A stretch of 64,000 nt of DNA from TPA_inf: Saccharomyces. Lineage: Eukaryota. Each line of letters begins with the position of its first letter. Position 1 is the first letter of the stretch. A program made the translations under genes and the position numbers. The notes under the pieces were generated by a model. It was not told the origin of the DNA, did no database searches, and saw nothing but the letters and a program-made list of their open reading frames with translations. The stretch lies in NCBI GenBank assembly GCA_000146045.2, contig BK006941.2, positions 224,001-288,000 of the forward strand, read 5' to 3'. Shown here in pieces: positions 10,717-21,715 of this stretch.

Positions 10717-11958
10717 TCAGTTACTCTCCAATAATTCTTTTGCCCGTTCGGTGCTATCATATTTAGACATTGCCTCAATAACTTCGTCCAATCGTTCTCC
10801 AGATAACACACCTGGCAGGTCCAACAATGTGAACCCGCACCTATGATCAGTGATTCTGTTCTGTGGAAAATTGTATGTTCTAATTTTATCAGACCTATTG
10901 GTGCTAGAAACCTGACTCTTTCTTGCTTTTCTTTCTTTTTCCTCCTTTTCCAGCCTTTCCTTCTCTGCAAGTCTCGCTCTTAAGATCGTAAATGCTTTAG
11001 CCTTATTCTTGTGTTGAGATCTTTCATCTTGCATGGAAACAACAATTCCAGAGGGGATATGGGTTAATCTGACAGCAGAGTCTGTCGTATTCACATGTTG
11101 ACCACCTTTCCCGCTTGCACGCATGATGTCAACTCTGATTTCACCAGGTTTAAATGTTCTTTCATAAGCGTCAATAGATTTAGCAGATTCGTCACCAATT
11201 TGAGGTAACACAACCACGGCAGCAGTGGATGTGTGCGTCCTTCCTTTAGTCTCCGTACTAGGAATTCTCTGCACCCTGTGAACGCCTGCTTCAAACCTCA
11301 AACGATCGTAAGATCCGGCTTCTTCAATGCTCAGAATGGCATCGATAATGCCTGACCCACTTTCGTTTTCATTTTTCGATATAATTCGATACTTCCATTT
11401 TCTATAGTTGGCATAGCCAATATACATATCCAATAGATTCTGGGTAAAAATCATGGCTTCAATGCCACCTACACCCGGTCGAAGCTCTAGTAAGCTAGGT
11501 TTATCTGCGAACGGATGCGGTGGAAGAAGTTTATTTACCAATCTTGAGGAGGTCGTTTCATATTGGGGGACCAGTTCTGCATATTCTTGTTCAGCCTCCG
11601 CCCTTAATGATGGATCAGATACAATCATTTCTTGTAAACTTTTCAATTCATTTAGTTTTTCCTTATACTCAATAAATGTATCAGTGAGCGCTGATAATTT
11701 AGCATAATGTTTCTGCTTATTCACGTCAAAATGAATGCCGCAAGAAAGGTCTTTGTCAAGATCTTTTAGTTCAGCTTCATACTTTTCCGCTTGCTTAACA
11801 AGTAACGGAGAGAGTTCTGTGTATTGTGTTGGGATGCTGCCGTTGCTCTTAGAGTTAGTCGTTGTTGATGTCAGTCGCACTAGTAACGGCAACTTGTGAC
11901 CCAAAAAAACACCCTTAAAGATGGACCTCGAGGGGAACTGGAACTTTGAAAGCCACAT
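10717..11958 (-). CDS. MRF1: mitochondrial peptide chain release factor 1 (413 aa)
   Basis: ORF 10717..11958 - has the class-I release-factor GGQ motif ([23 protein letters not shown]) and a PxT-type codon-recognition region. Matches YGL143C. Confidence 0.93.
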   Translation of the reverse strand: MWLSKFQFPSRSIFKGVFLGHKLPLLVRLTSTTTNSKSNGSIPTQYTELSPLLVKQAEKYEAELKDLDKDLSCGIHFDVNKQKHYAKLSALTDTFIEYKEKLNELKSLQEMIVSDPSLRAEAEQEYAELVPQYETTSSRLVNKLLPPHPFADKPSLLELRPGVGGIEAMIFTQNLLDMYIGYANYRKWKYRIISKNENESGSGIIDAILSIEEAGSYDRLRFEAGVHRVQRIPSTETKGRTHTSTAAVVVLPQIGDESAKSIDAYERTFKPGEIRVDIMRASGKGGQHVNTTDSAVRLTHIPSGIVVSMQDERSQHKNKAKAFTILRARLAEKERLEKEEKERKARKSQVSSTNRSDKIRTYNFPQNRITDHRCGFTLLDLPGVLSGERLDEVIEAMSKYDSTERAKELLESN

Positions 11959-12268
11959 GCTTGCACCAATGAAATATATTGTTCTGCTCTACGAACTTTT
12001 CATTCCTGAGATATTATAAAACATATGATACGCACTATTAACGCTCTGTATTTATCCTCCGAGCGAGCAAATCCTCCTAACAAGTATATGAAATACACAA
12101 TTACTCAGCCTAGTACAGATGGCACAACGAGAAGTAACACATATATTTTCTGAGAGGCCTTATTGCATAATTATACACATATATTAATATCATGTAGTAA
12201 ATAAATCACTAATAATTAAAGGCTTTTTCGCGAAATGAAGTAAACTGATAAGTGAAGAATACACAAAT

Positions 12269-14119
12269 TTAAATATCTGCCGCTGGAATATCGCTATAAT
12301 CGAATGGTAATTTATAATAAATTATTATGTCTCCTGATCTTCTTGAATCCCAGTGCGCAAGAGAGTTGAAGAATCTATTGTATTCAATGTATGATGAATC
12401 TTTCAGGAAATCCTTTAGAAATGCGTTTTCCATGTGCTCGAAAACAACCAAATATGTTGGCCATTCGTGGCTGTATGTTTTACCTGGACTCCTTAGATCC
12501 TTACGAAAAGGCGGTGGGAAATTTTTGTAAATGAATGCCGATATATCGTCATACAAATGGTCACTTTCATCCATGTAGGTCTCTAGTTTGGAGTAAGCCT
12601 CTGGGTCTCCAAGTAAATGCAATGGAGGGTTACAAGTAATCGACCACAGATCTTGAATGTCACTGCGGTGTAAATAGCTTTGACCAGGTGTCGAATGACA
12701 GGGCATTATGAATCCCAAACTATCTATTTCTGGCTCTTCATGTAAAAATTTCATAACTTCGATAGATCCAGATTCGTGGAATGTGTCCAAAAGTAATGCG
12801 ATGAACACCGACACGAATGGAACAAGCCAGAGTAAAGATTTTAGGCCAGATAGTCTTTTCCAATAATCTCTATCAAGTCTCAAAAGGCCAAATGATGATA
12901 TTAATATGAAAAGTGGCTGTAATGGGAAGATGAACCTAAATTCCTTATGAGGTAACGTAGAGTACACCAACAGATTCAACAAGATAGTGAGTTTCACTTG
13001 GAAAAACGGGTTTAAATACTTCTTTGGGAAACTCCTTTTGCTTAGTGGAAAAAATAATCCAAATGCAAAAGCGGGAATACTTGCACCTAATACGATAGGT
13101 AAGCTTTGAAAGAAATGAAAATGCCAAGGAGCTACCCCATAAAACTTTGATAATGGTGTTGTGAAATTGAATTTTAGAAATCGGAAAAAGGGAAACGTTA
13201 CTTTTTCATAAAAATACATGTCGATAATTGCATTTGCAGTAAATACCAGAAAAAAAGACCGTAAAACTTTGGAAAATGTGATGAAAAGTAAATGATACTG
13301 CTTTTTGCCTACCAAGTTTAATATTAGGGAAATGCTGGGAATTACCCAAATAAGTCCACTGCTGGGTCTTTGCAAACATGCCAGAAATGCAAAAATAAGC
13401 GACTTAGTAAAAGATGACTCTTTTATCATTTGTCCGCCTGTCCAGTCCCAGTAGTAGAGGGCAATAGAAGTTAAAATCATTTCAAAAGAGTTGATGAACG
13501 TTCTTGTAATAAAAAAGCAATTAAAAAAATTAGTTAAACTTAAAAGCAGTGCAAACTTCGTAATCTCGGATAAACCGCTGCGTCTCTCCTCTTCCTCCTT
13601 CTCGTTTCTCTTATCAAGTGTAAGTAAATAGAGCTTTTGAACAAATCTTACGATATAATATTCCCCTATGGAAGCTAGTACTGCCATAACTATTTTTGGC
13701 GCATATATCACACCATAATATTCGAACGACCGTGTGACATCAAAAGGAAGCCTCTTCAAGTCTTCAGCGACTTGCCAACTTAACTCATATTTCGGCAGTA
13801 GTAAAATTAATAAATCAGACCCTATCGTTGAGAGAAGAAGAAGTGCATAGTGAAGAAGGATTGACGATAGAGAAACCAATCTATAAGTCAGCTCAAAAAT
13901 CATCGGAAATAAATAGCTACGAACTCCGAATTTCCATTCCCAAGTCAGTTCACCATACTTGAAAGCCTTCCAATGTGCCGGCTCCAATGCTTGCCAAAAC
14001 TCATCAGCCTGAAAGAAGGTTCTCGTCAGAACTGCATTCAGTACTCTAAAGGCTAGAAAAACCCAAAATATTTGGGTCCGTCCTAGTTTAGGTTTTATTC
14101 TATGAACCTCGTGAGCCAT
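12269..14119 (-). CDS. GPI10: GPI mannosyltransferase III (PIG-B homolog), multi-pass membrane protein, 616 aa
   Basis: ORF 12269..14119 -, strongly hydrophobic polytopic protein. Length and position match YGL142C. Confidence 0.9.
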   Translation of the reverse strand: MAHEVHRIKPKLGRTQIFWVFLAFRVLNAVLTRTFFQADEFWQALEPAHWKAFKYGELTWEWKFGVRSYLFPMIFELTYRLVSLSSILLHYALLLLSTIGSDLLILLLPKYELSWQVAEDLKRLPFDVTRSFEYYGVIYAPKIVMAVLASIGEYYIVRFVQKLYLLTLDKRNEKEEEERRSGLSEITKFALLLSLTNFFNCFFITRTFINSFEMILTSIALYYWDWTGGQMIKESSFTKSLIFAFLACLQRPSSGLIWVIPSISLILNLVGKKQYHLLFITFSKVLRSFFLVFTANAIIDMYFYEKVTFPFFRFLKFNFTTPLSKFYGVAPWHFHFFQSLPIVLGASIPAFAFGLFFPLSKRSFPKKYLNPFFQVKLTILLNLLVYSTLPHKEFRFIFPLQPLFILISSFGLLRLDRDYWKRLSGLKSLLWLVPFVSVFIALLLDTFHESGSIEVMKFLHEEPEIDSLGFIMPCHSTPGQSYLHRSDIQDLWSITCNPPLHLLGDPEAYSKLETYMDESDHLYDDISAFIYKNFPPPFRKDLRSPGKTYSHEWPTYLVVFEHMENAFLKDFLKDSSYIEYNRFFNSLAHWDSRRSGDIIIYYKLPFDYSDIPAADI

Positions 14120-14352
14120 TGAAAGTTAGATATTATGTTGGATTACACAATCCTACACTATCTTAATGCCTTTTATCTTTTTCCGTTCCTCATGGTGTGA
14201 ATGGCTTGAATTTCTTTTACCTTAAAAGTTCGCCTTTTCCGCACTATAACGATCTCACTTAAACTTTTAAGGATGACTCGCCTATAACTTCATTCGAGTG
14301 GCAAAGCGTTATAATTTATCTCAAGCAGCATTTCAAAGGATTCTGACTTAAA

Positions 14353-17085
14353 ATGTTAAACTTCACCGGTCAAACAAGGAGAAGAAATGTCAATTTAGGG
14401 AATAGGACTCGAAATTCAAAGAAGGATTTACTGGAAAAGGCCAAAAGGGAACGTGAAAGGAGAGCACAAGATAAGCTCAAAGAAGACGCCAGTAAAACCA
14501 TTCAAAAAAGCATCAGAAGACATTTTTCAAATGTGAGACTCTTCAAAAACACATTTACTAGTTCGCAACTTGTTCATATGATACCAGCTTACGGGGGCAA
14601 ATTAATCTATTACATTTCTCAATATGATCTGCAGCAACTGCTAAAATTATCTCATAATTTTTTGAGTTCTTATCCTAATTCTTTAGGCAACAGACAGCTA
14701 TTGAGCTTGTTGAAGCTATATCAAGATGATGCACTGGTGGCTGAAACTCTAAGCGATCTTAACATGGACTGCCCTACAGTTGACGAATTTTTAGATAGTC
14801 TATCCGTTTATCTCTGTCGGGCTTCCTTTTTGAGTTATTCCTCAGCTTCTAAGCTAGCTGATGTCATAGAAGCATGGGAAGTAATGCATAGCAGTGCCTC
14901 CATTAGTATTTTTTCGATATCGATAGGATCTTACGAAAAACGGCCATTTGCACTACAGTTTTATTGCATACTTGCCGAAAGAAACCTTTTGCCCCAACTT
15001 ATCAACACAAATCCGATATTATGGGATAACATGGCAAAGACATATTCACACTGTAGTAAAGGTGGCCAAAAAAATATCGCCAAGCTACTCATACCAAACT
15101 TCAACAATCATATTGCTCCATCAGTCTTGCGTAGTGATAACGACTATGTCTTGAAATTTTATGAAAAGGCATTTATAGACGAAGTTATTGCTACTACTGC
15201 AAATTACGTTTCTGATGAAGATCACGTGAAGAATTTGATGTGCTACATTGCAAGCTCTCCCAATCAAAGCTGTAAGAATTCTGTCCTTATTACCTTACTG
15301 TCTAACAAAGACTTCGTGAGAAGGCTCTCATGGGAATTCTTTCACACTAAATTCAACGCCAGCAAGACTGAGGCTCACCCCCTGTTTTCAGTTTTGGCAC
15401 AGCTTATCGACATGCACCTTTTAATATCGACAGATCGGGAGTTATTAGACTACAACTCTGTGATACCTATCGAAGAACTAAAGAAATTTACATCCACGTT
15501 AAAAGATTTTACTTTCCGACAATATTGGGAACTACCTAAAAGTGAAAGGAACCCTATGTTAAAGGAAGCAGTACCACTTTTGAGCAAAGTCTACGAAAGG
15601 GACTCAAGATTGCACTTTCTATCCACGGAGAATAATCCAACCTATTGGGAAAACTCTGAAAAGCAATTTTTAAATTTGAGATTTTACGAAGAATTACAGG
15701 AGTACGAAGATCTGTATAGAGAACACTTAGAAGAGGAAAGTGATGAGGATATGGAAAAGGAAATAGATCTTGATAAAGAAAGGCCTCCTTTGAAGTCTTT
15801 ATTATTGAACAAAATGAAAAAGAGATTAAAGTCATCATTACGTTTCCGAAAGTTGGAAATACTTTTGGAATTACCATTTTTTATTCCTTTTGAAGAAAGG
15901 GTGGACTTATTTTATATGTTCATCGCACTGGACAAGAAGCGATTATCTTTAGATGACGATCACAACTTGATCAATATGTTTACCCCCTGGGCCTCCACCG
16001 GTATGAGGAAGCAATCCGCTATCATCTCTAGGGATAATGTCTTAGAAGATGCTTTCAACGCATTTAACTCTATAGGAGAAAGGTTCAAAGCTTCATTAGA
16101 TGTTACTTTTATTAATGAATTTGGTGAAGAAGCTGGTATTGATGGGGGCGGCATTACCAAGGAATTTTTAACTACTGTGTCTGATGAAGGATTTAAAGAT
16201 CCAAAGCACGAGTTATTTCGGACGAATGATCGCTACGAATTATATCCTTCTGTTGTTTATGACGCTACGAAACTTAAGTATATATGGTTTCTGGGAAAGG
16301 TTGTAGGCAAATGTCTATATGAGCATGTTTTGATAGATGTATCTTTTGCTGATTTCTTTTTGAAAAAATTATTGAATTACTCGAACGGGTTTTTATCTTC
16401 TTTTTCTGATCTGGGAAGCTATGATTCGGTGTTGTATAATAATTTGATCAAATTATTGAACATGACCACTGACGAGATCAAGTCTTTAGATTTAACCTTT
16501 GAAATAGATGAGCCTGAAAGTTCCGCAAAAGTTGTTGACTTAATTCCGAATGGTTCAAAAACGTACGTGACGAAGGATAATGTGTTGCTCTACGTTACTA
16601 AAGTAACGGATTACAAATTAAACAAAAGATGCTTCAAACCAGTTTCGGCATTCCATGGAGGGCTCAGTGTTATCATTGCCCCACATTGGATGGAGATGTT
16701 TAACTCTATAGAACTACAAATGTTAATATCAGGTGAGAGAGATAATATCGATTTAGACGATCTGAAATCTAACACAGAATACGGGGGTTATAAAGAAGAA
16801 GATCAGACAATTGTTGATTTTTGGGAGGTTTTGAATGAGTTTAAGTTTGAAGAGAAATTGAATTTTTTGAAATTTGTCACGTCCGTTCCGCAAGCTCCTC
16901 TGCAAGGCTTCAAGGCATTAGATCCAAAATTTGGTATCAGAAATGCAGGGACAGAGAAATACAGGCTGCCTACGGCATCTACCTGTGTTAATTTATTAAA
17001 ATTGCCAGATTATAGAAACAAAACAATTTTGAGAGAGAAATTATTATATGCAATAAACTCAGGCGCCAGGTTTGACTTATCATAA
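14353..17085 (+). CDS. HUL5: HECT-domain E3/E4 ubiquitin ligase (910 aa)
   Basis: ORF 14353..17085 +. C-terminal HECT domain with the catalytic Cys in LPTASTCVNLLKLPDY close to the C-terminus. Matches YGL141W. Confidence 0.93.
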   Translation: MLNFTGQTRRRNVNLGNRTRNSKKDLLEKAKRERERRAQDKLKEDASKTIQKSIRRHFSNVRLFKNTFTSSQLVHMIPAYGGKLIYYISQYDLQQLLKLSHNFLSSYPNSLGNRQLLSLLKLYQDDALVAETLSDLNMDCPTVDEFLDSLSVYLCRASFLSYSSASKLADVIEAWEVMHSSASISIFSISIGSYEKRPFALQFYCILAERNLLPQLINTNPILWDNMAKTYSHCSKGGQKNIAKLLIPNFNNHIAPSVLRSDNDYVLKFYEKAFIDEVIATTANYVSDEDHVKNLMCYIASSPNQSCKNSVLITLLSNKDFVRRLSWEFFHTKFNASKTEAHPLFSVLAQLIDMHLLISTDRELLDYNSVIPIEELKKFTSTLKDFTFRQYWELPKSERNPMLKEAVPLLSKVYERDSRLHFLSTENNPTYWENSEKQFLNLRFYEELQEYEDLYREHLEEESDEDMEKEIDLDKERPPLKSLLLNKMKKRLKSSLRFRKLEILLELPFFIPFEERVDLFYMFIALDKKRLSLDDDHNLINMFTPWASTGMRKQSAIISRDNVLEDAFNAFNSIGERFKASLDVTFINEFGEEAGIDGGGITKEFLTTVSDEGFKDPKHELFRTNDRYELYPSVVYDATKLKYIWFLGKVVGKCLYEHVLIDVSFADFFLKKLLNYSNGFLSSFSDLGSYDSVLYNNLIKLLNMTTDEIKSLDLTFEIDEPESSAKVVDLIPNGSKTYVTKDNVLLYVTKVTDYKLNKRCFKPVSAFHGGLSVIIAPHWMEMFNSIELQMLISGERDNIDLDDLKSNTEYGGYKEEDQTIVDFWEVLNEFKFEEKLNFLKFVTSVPQAPLQGFKALDPKFGIRNAGTEKYRLPTASTCVNLLKLPDYRNKTILREKLLYAINSGARFDLS

Positions 17086-17352
17086 TTCCCAGAAGATTAG
17101 GGAGGTAATTAATTAATAGGCAGATTTCTAGTTCTTATATATTACTATAGATAAGGAAATTATACGCTTGTATGCAGAGATAATTTAAGTTTTGCTTTGT
17201 TCGCCACCATTCTAGTTATGACCTTTATCTATCATTCTATTTTTTATTGGAAAGGCTTTACAAAAAACAAACAGTAAAAATTCTTTAAGCGAAGTGAAAT
17301 CGACAATGAATATGAAATTGGTAATTATCTTACATTAGGACTTTTCAATATC

Positions 17353-20300
17353 TTAGTCCTTCTTTTCTTTCATGTGACTTAGCACCATTTTCAAAGCTAA
17401 TGGCAAATCATCATCAGAGCTTTCATCATCATCGTTCAGATAATTAGGATCCGCATTACCAAGGGTGCTGTGTCTGCTTAAGCTTGAAAGTTGGCCGGAG
17501 GTAGAAGTAATGGAAAATGCTCTATTTCTAAATGTCTTTGGTAAGCCATCCGCGTTTTGGCCTGCTTTATGAGAAGCAATCCGTAATAAATTCAACGCTG
17601 CCGGATTATCATTTTTTTCGTATGCCACTGGACATTCCGGCTCATAACTTCTTGTGGAATCAGGAGAAATTTGAGATTCATTAGAATTTGTACTTTGTAA
17701 ACTTTCATTTCCTTCGGAAATGATGGAAGTACCATCAAATGGGGTCCGATTGCGCCGTGTATTCATAGGATTGCTTTTCCCGTTAATGAAATTATCAAAT
17801 CCTGTTACTGCCTCTGCAGCCCAGTCCTCGTAAAGTGGACGCGATAAAAACCCGTATTTAAACTCATTTACACCGACCAGAATTTTAGTTAAATTCAACA
17901 GCTCTTCAATATACTCAATTATTTCTTCCGATGCAGCACTAGATGCGTTCCAACTTAAAAATTTTTCTTTTAAAACATATTCATGAGGATTAGCTGTTGT
18001 GTTGGCCTGTCCCCTTCTATTCATTTTCATTACCAAACCTTCGTTATCATCGTCATCTTCATCCTTGCCGTCAGCGTAATCTCCTTCATTTGGCTTTCTT
18101 GCTTTATCACTTAAATTTGAAATCTGCCCAGGATATCTTATTCGCAGAGTTTGGCGCACTTTATTAATCAGCCTTCTATGTGCAATTCTTGCGCTGGGCA
18201 AAAATTGCGGTAACGGGGTCTTATTTATAAATGCCTCTTGAAGTGCTCTCATTAGGCAAGAAATACTTCCAACCATTTGGCGTCGATATGGATATACAAC
18301 ACTGTTAAATTCTTCAATAACCGCACTTCCATTTTGCTTTCTCAGCAAGGAAATTGTATCTATCCTCTCTATTATTTGCTTCTGAATAAATATAACTTGA
18401 GTGAAAACATTTTCCAACTCGGTATATTCACCCTTTAATCTCGGCTCTTGTCTGGTTAGTCCTTTATAGGCCGTAGCACGGGCTAACGCCTCTTTAGCAC
18501 TTTTTGATATCTTTTCGATTTTTTTGTATTTCTCTTCACTCATACTACTTGCGACTTGCTCTCCTTCCAGTCCGGTGGCGTAGAGAAGTTCCATTTCCGA
18601 TATACAGCCACAGACAAAAGAAATCTCTTCATTTAATTGTTCCCGTGCCTTCAATGGAAAGAAAAAGACTTGAACTATTAATGCTACCCCTCCACCATAG
18701 CCGACAGCTAAACATCTCTTGGCGAAACTAGTCAATATATCATCTTGGGAGGGAAGTATTGCTGCAAGCATAACAATATAAATACTAATAATTTCAATAA
18801 TTGCAGCCTTCACATAGGGTGTGCCTAATAAATAGTAAAACCCAGGAATGGCTCCAAAAACTGTGATGACTGTCTCCAAATATGGATTGGTTTGGTTGAC
18901 AGCAGCAACATAGGAAAGATAACCCCAGGCTGCTCCAAAAATAACCCCCACAGCACGCAAAAAGAAGACCCAGAACGTACCTCCTACGGAAGGTTCCAAA
19001 CAAAGTATGCACACGAAACCAATCCAGGTACCACGATAGTCTATGTACCACTGCCTTGTCTTTGGAATAAACATCGGAAATGAAGCCAGCATTAATGCAA
19101 TGGCTACCTGAAATCCAAATCTAAAGTGAGGATGTGACACTTCACAAAACTTATCAATTGAAATAAGCATGGACATAAAAGAAAATCTGCCTTGCCTCCT
19201 GGAAGTTCTATTAGTTCCGAACGTAGTTGTTTTCGTTAACGTTAATGGCGACGAAGAAGTGTCAGAGGTAGAAGATGAATTTCCTTTGGGTTCACTTGTC
19301 ATTGGCAGATCTAGCGATGCATCATCTTTTACAATGTTCTTATTCGATGAAACTTTTTGAGATAAAAGTTCATTCTCTTCATAATCAGGCCTTCTAATAA
19401 CTGTGTCATGAGCAAAACCATTAGTATTACCATTGAACGTACCCTTTAATGTATCATTTTCAGTCACTGAGTTCCTATCGCCTTTTAACCAGATAGAAAA
19501 TGTCTCGTAGTTGGTCAACACTAAAAACCAAAGTCTTTTGCCTCTCAGCCAGCCCTTCTTCTCTTGTATTTGACGTTTGACTAAAATGTCCTTGACGGAC
19601 TCCATAATTACCAAAGTTGAATCTGCAGTTTGCCTAAAATTTAGTAGAAAGCTAGACAACAAAAACATTTCATCACTAGGACTCATAATATCAATATCAA
19701 AACTTAACATTTCTGACTTGAATTTTGCTTTACATTCTTCTAACGCCTGCTTCAGGTCATTGATCTTGTTCTGGATGTCAACATCATTGGGCAGATTATT
19801 GGCGTTATTACTGAATGTTGGGAAGTTACCATCTTTGAACATTGAGCAGGAATGAACCCTTGAAACTTTCACATCAAATGCATGAGCAAGTACCAACTTT
19901 GCTATGTACATGCATTCACTCATTGTCCGGTGTAGACTATAAATCACTGGATGCAACTTGTCAATAACTTTCAACAACTTCTCAGCATTTGCAAAGCTGA
20001 TTTCTTTGTTCTTTGGCAGTGTCAAAGCTGCGACATCATCAGGCCTGAGCTTGTTATCATGTCTTGCCAATAAAATAAATTCTAATTGGCATGTATTAAC
20101 TAATCCATTAATGAAGACTGTCAAATTTTCCAAAGTAGATATGATTGGCTTTAGTTTAGTTGGCGAAACATAAGCGTAAGTAAACTCATAAATGCACTCG
20201 TGAAGTACTACTCGACAGTTGTTAACTTTAGAAGAAATCAGTGACTTCATCTTCAATAGCTTGCCTAACGAAACAGGATCTCTACTGTACAACTGGCTAC

Positions 20301-21018
20301 TATTGTGCGGGTCAACTGCAATGAAGAAATTTATCGAATAGTCAATGGACTTATGGAGCTCATTCATAGCATCAATAGTCGTATTACCCAAATATGTGGT
20401 ACCCCACTCAGGAAACAACACAAGATTCCAGAAAATCGACATTGCAATACCCAGGTAGAAAGGCGTACTATAAGCTTTAGCAATAGTGCCTGCTGTTTCA
20501 TTCAAAGGATCCATAAATGCGAAATGAACCACGACAAAAAGTGGGAAAACAATACCAAAGTAATAGTGTGATACAGATCTCATCCAACCATGAAAAAAAA
20601 GCATAATTACTTCGAAAACAGCCAAAATTGCTAATCCCGCTTCATATCTTTTATAGTGCAATACGTGCTGCTGTGCCTCTGTTAGCTCATGCCAAGAACT
20701 CCCTAAACATCGCTGCGCAAGGAACCGGCCGAAGATTGCGTAAGCTAGGCCAAATATCAATCCAGTTATGCAATAGATAGCACCATGGATAGTACCCCCG
20801 ACCCTTCTTCCAGGGTGAACAATAACAGAAATCATTGGCAGCATCGCAGGAGCTGCTCCCAAATGCGCAGTTATCTTAGGTATCAAGCAAAATATGAAAG
20901 CTACCGTAGTATTAACAGTCGATTTACATATTCTCTTCGCGAGGATTCTGTCACAGGGGAAATAATACAGCCATAACTTCTGAATCTTAGTCAACTTTGA
21001 TTTAAGCGACATGGACAA
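17353..21018 (-). CDS. uncharacterised large polytopic membrane protein (1221 aa) with two separated clusters of TM helices
   Basis: ORF 17353..21018 -. Hydrophobic blocks at about aa 30-210 and aa 640-790, separated and followed by long hydrophilic regions. Corresponds to YGL140C by position. Confidence 0.85.
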
Positions 21019-21641
21019 ATAATGAAGTCAAGCAATTGATGCAAAGGATAAGGAAGATTTTCTCGCTTGAAAATATGTTCTCTTCGAACTCCAGGATAGG
21101 ATAGGAATAAAGTAAAAATAGTGTATGATACGTAGTTAGGCCACAACCACAATTATAACCTCTCGATAGCAGGTGTTAATAGAGATGAAGGTAGATCCTG
21201 GATTTCTCTTTTCTTTCTTTAGACATCAAACTGGTAGTTCTTATCAGTCTCAGCCTTTTGAAGACCTATCAATTTTATGAGGAGGGTAATGGTTGCTTCC
21301 TTTTCCCTAGCAGCGGCCCATCGCTTTAGCTTCAAATAGTTGATTCCTTTAACTGTTGACTATGAAAAGGTAGTCTTCGTTGGGATTGGGGATAAAAGAA
21401 TATCTGAATACTGTTGCTGTCCGTGCCATTTACTAGCTTACGGACGCTATCAAATTAACTCAAAAACGCTTCTGTTCATCCGCTTTCCAGAAGATCAACG
21501 CTCAAAAGACAACAAAACAATTCGAAGACGTCATTCGTTATAGAGTGCCAATCAACATTGGTGGGTACTAGAAAACTTCTTTGCAAAGTATAGCTAAGAA
21601 AGGTCTTTTTATTTACGAGCGGGCCATAAATAAAAAAATTT

Positions 21642-21642
21642 C

Positions 21643-21680
<38 letters not shown>
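21642..21680 (+). repeat. (CAA)13 trinucleotide microsatellite, 36 bp upstream of the FLC3 start codon
   Basis: Uninterrupted caacaacaa... run 21642..21680. Likely inside the FLC3 5'UTR or core promoter. Confidence 0.95.
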
Positions 21681-21715
21681 ATAGTGGAGACTAGAAAAGT
21701 ATACCCCTCACAGGC

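Noticed and set aside
10662-10970. 102-aa ORF overlapping the 3' end of MRF1 in another frame; also 56551..56820- overlapping the GPG1 3' end, and 43638..43826+ in the CEG1/RSM23 gap.
   Set aside because: Short, overlapping verified genes or sitting in 3' intergenic DNA. No conserved motifs.
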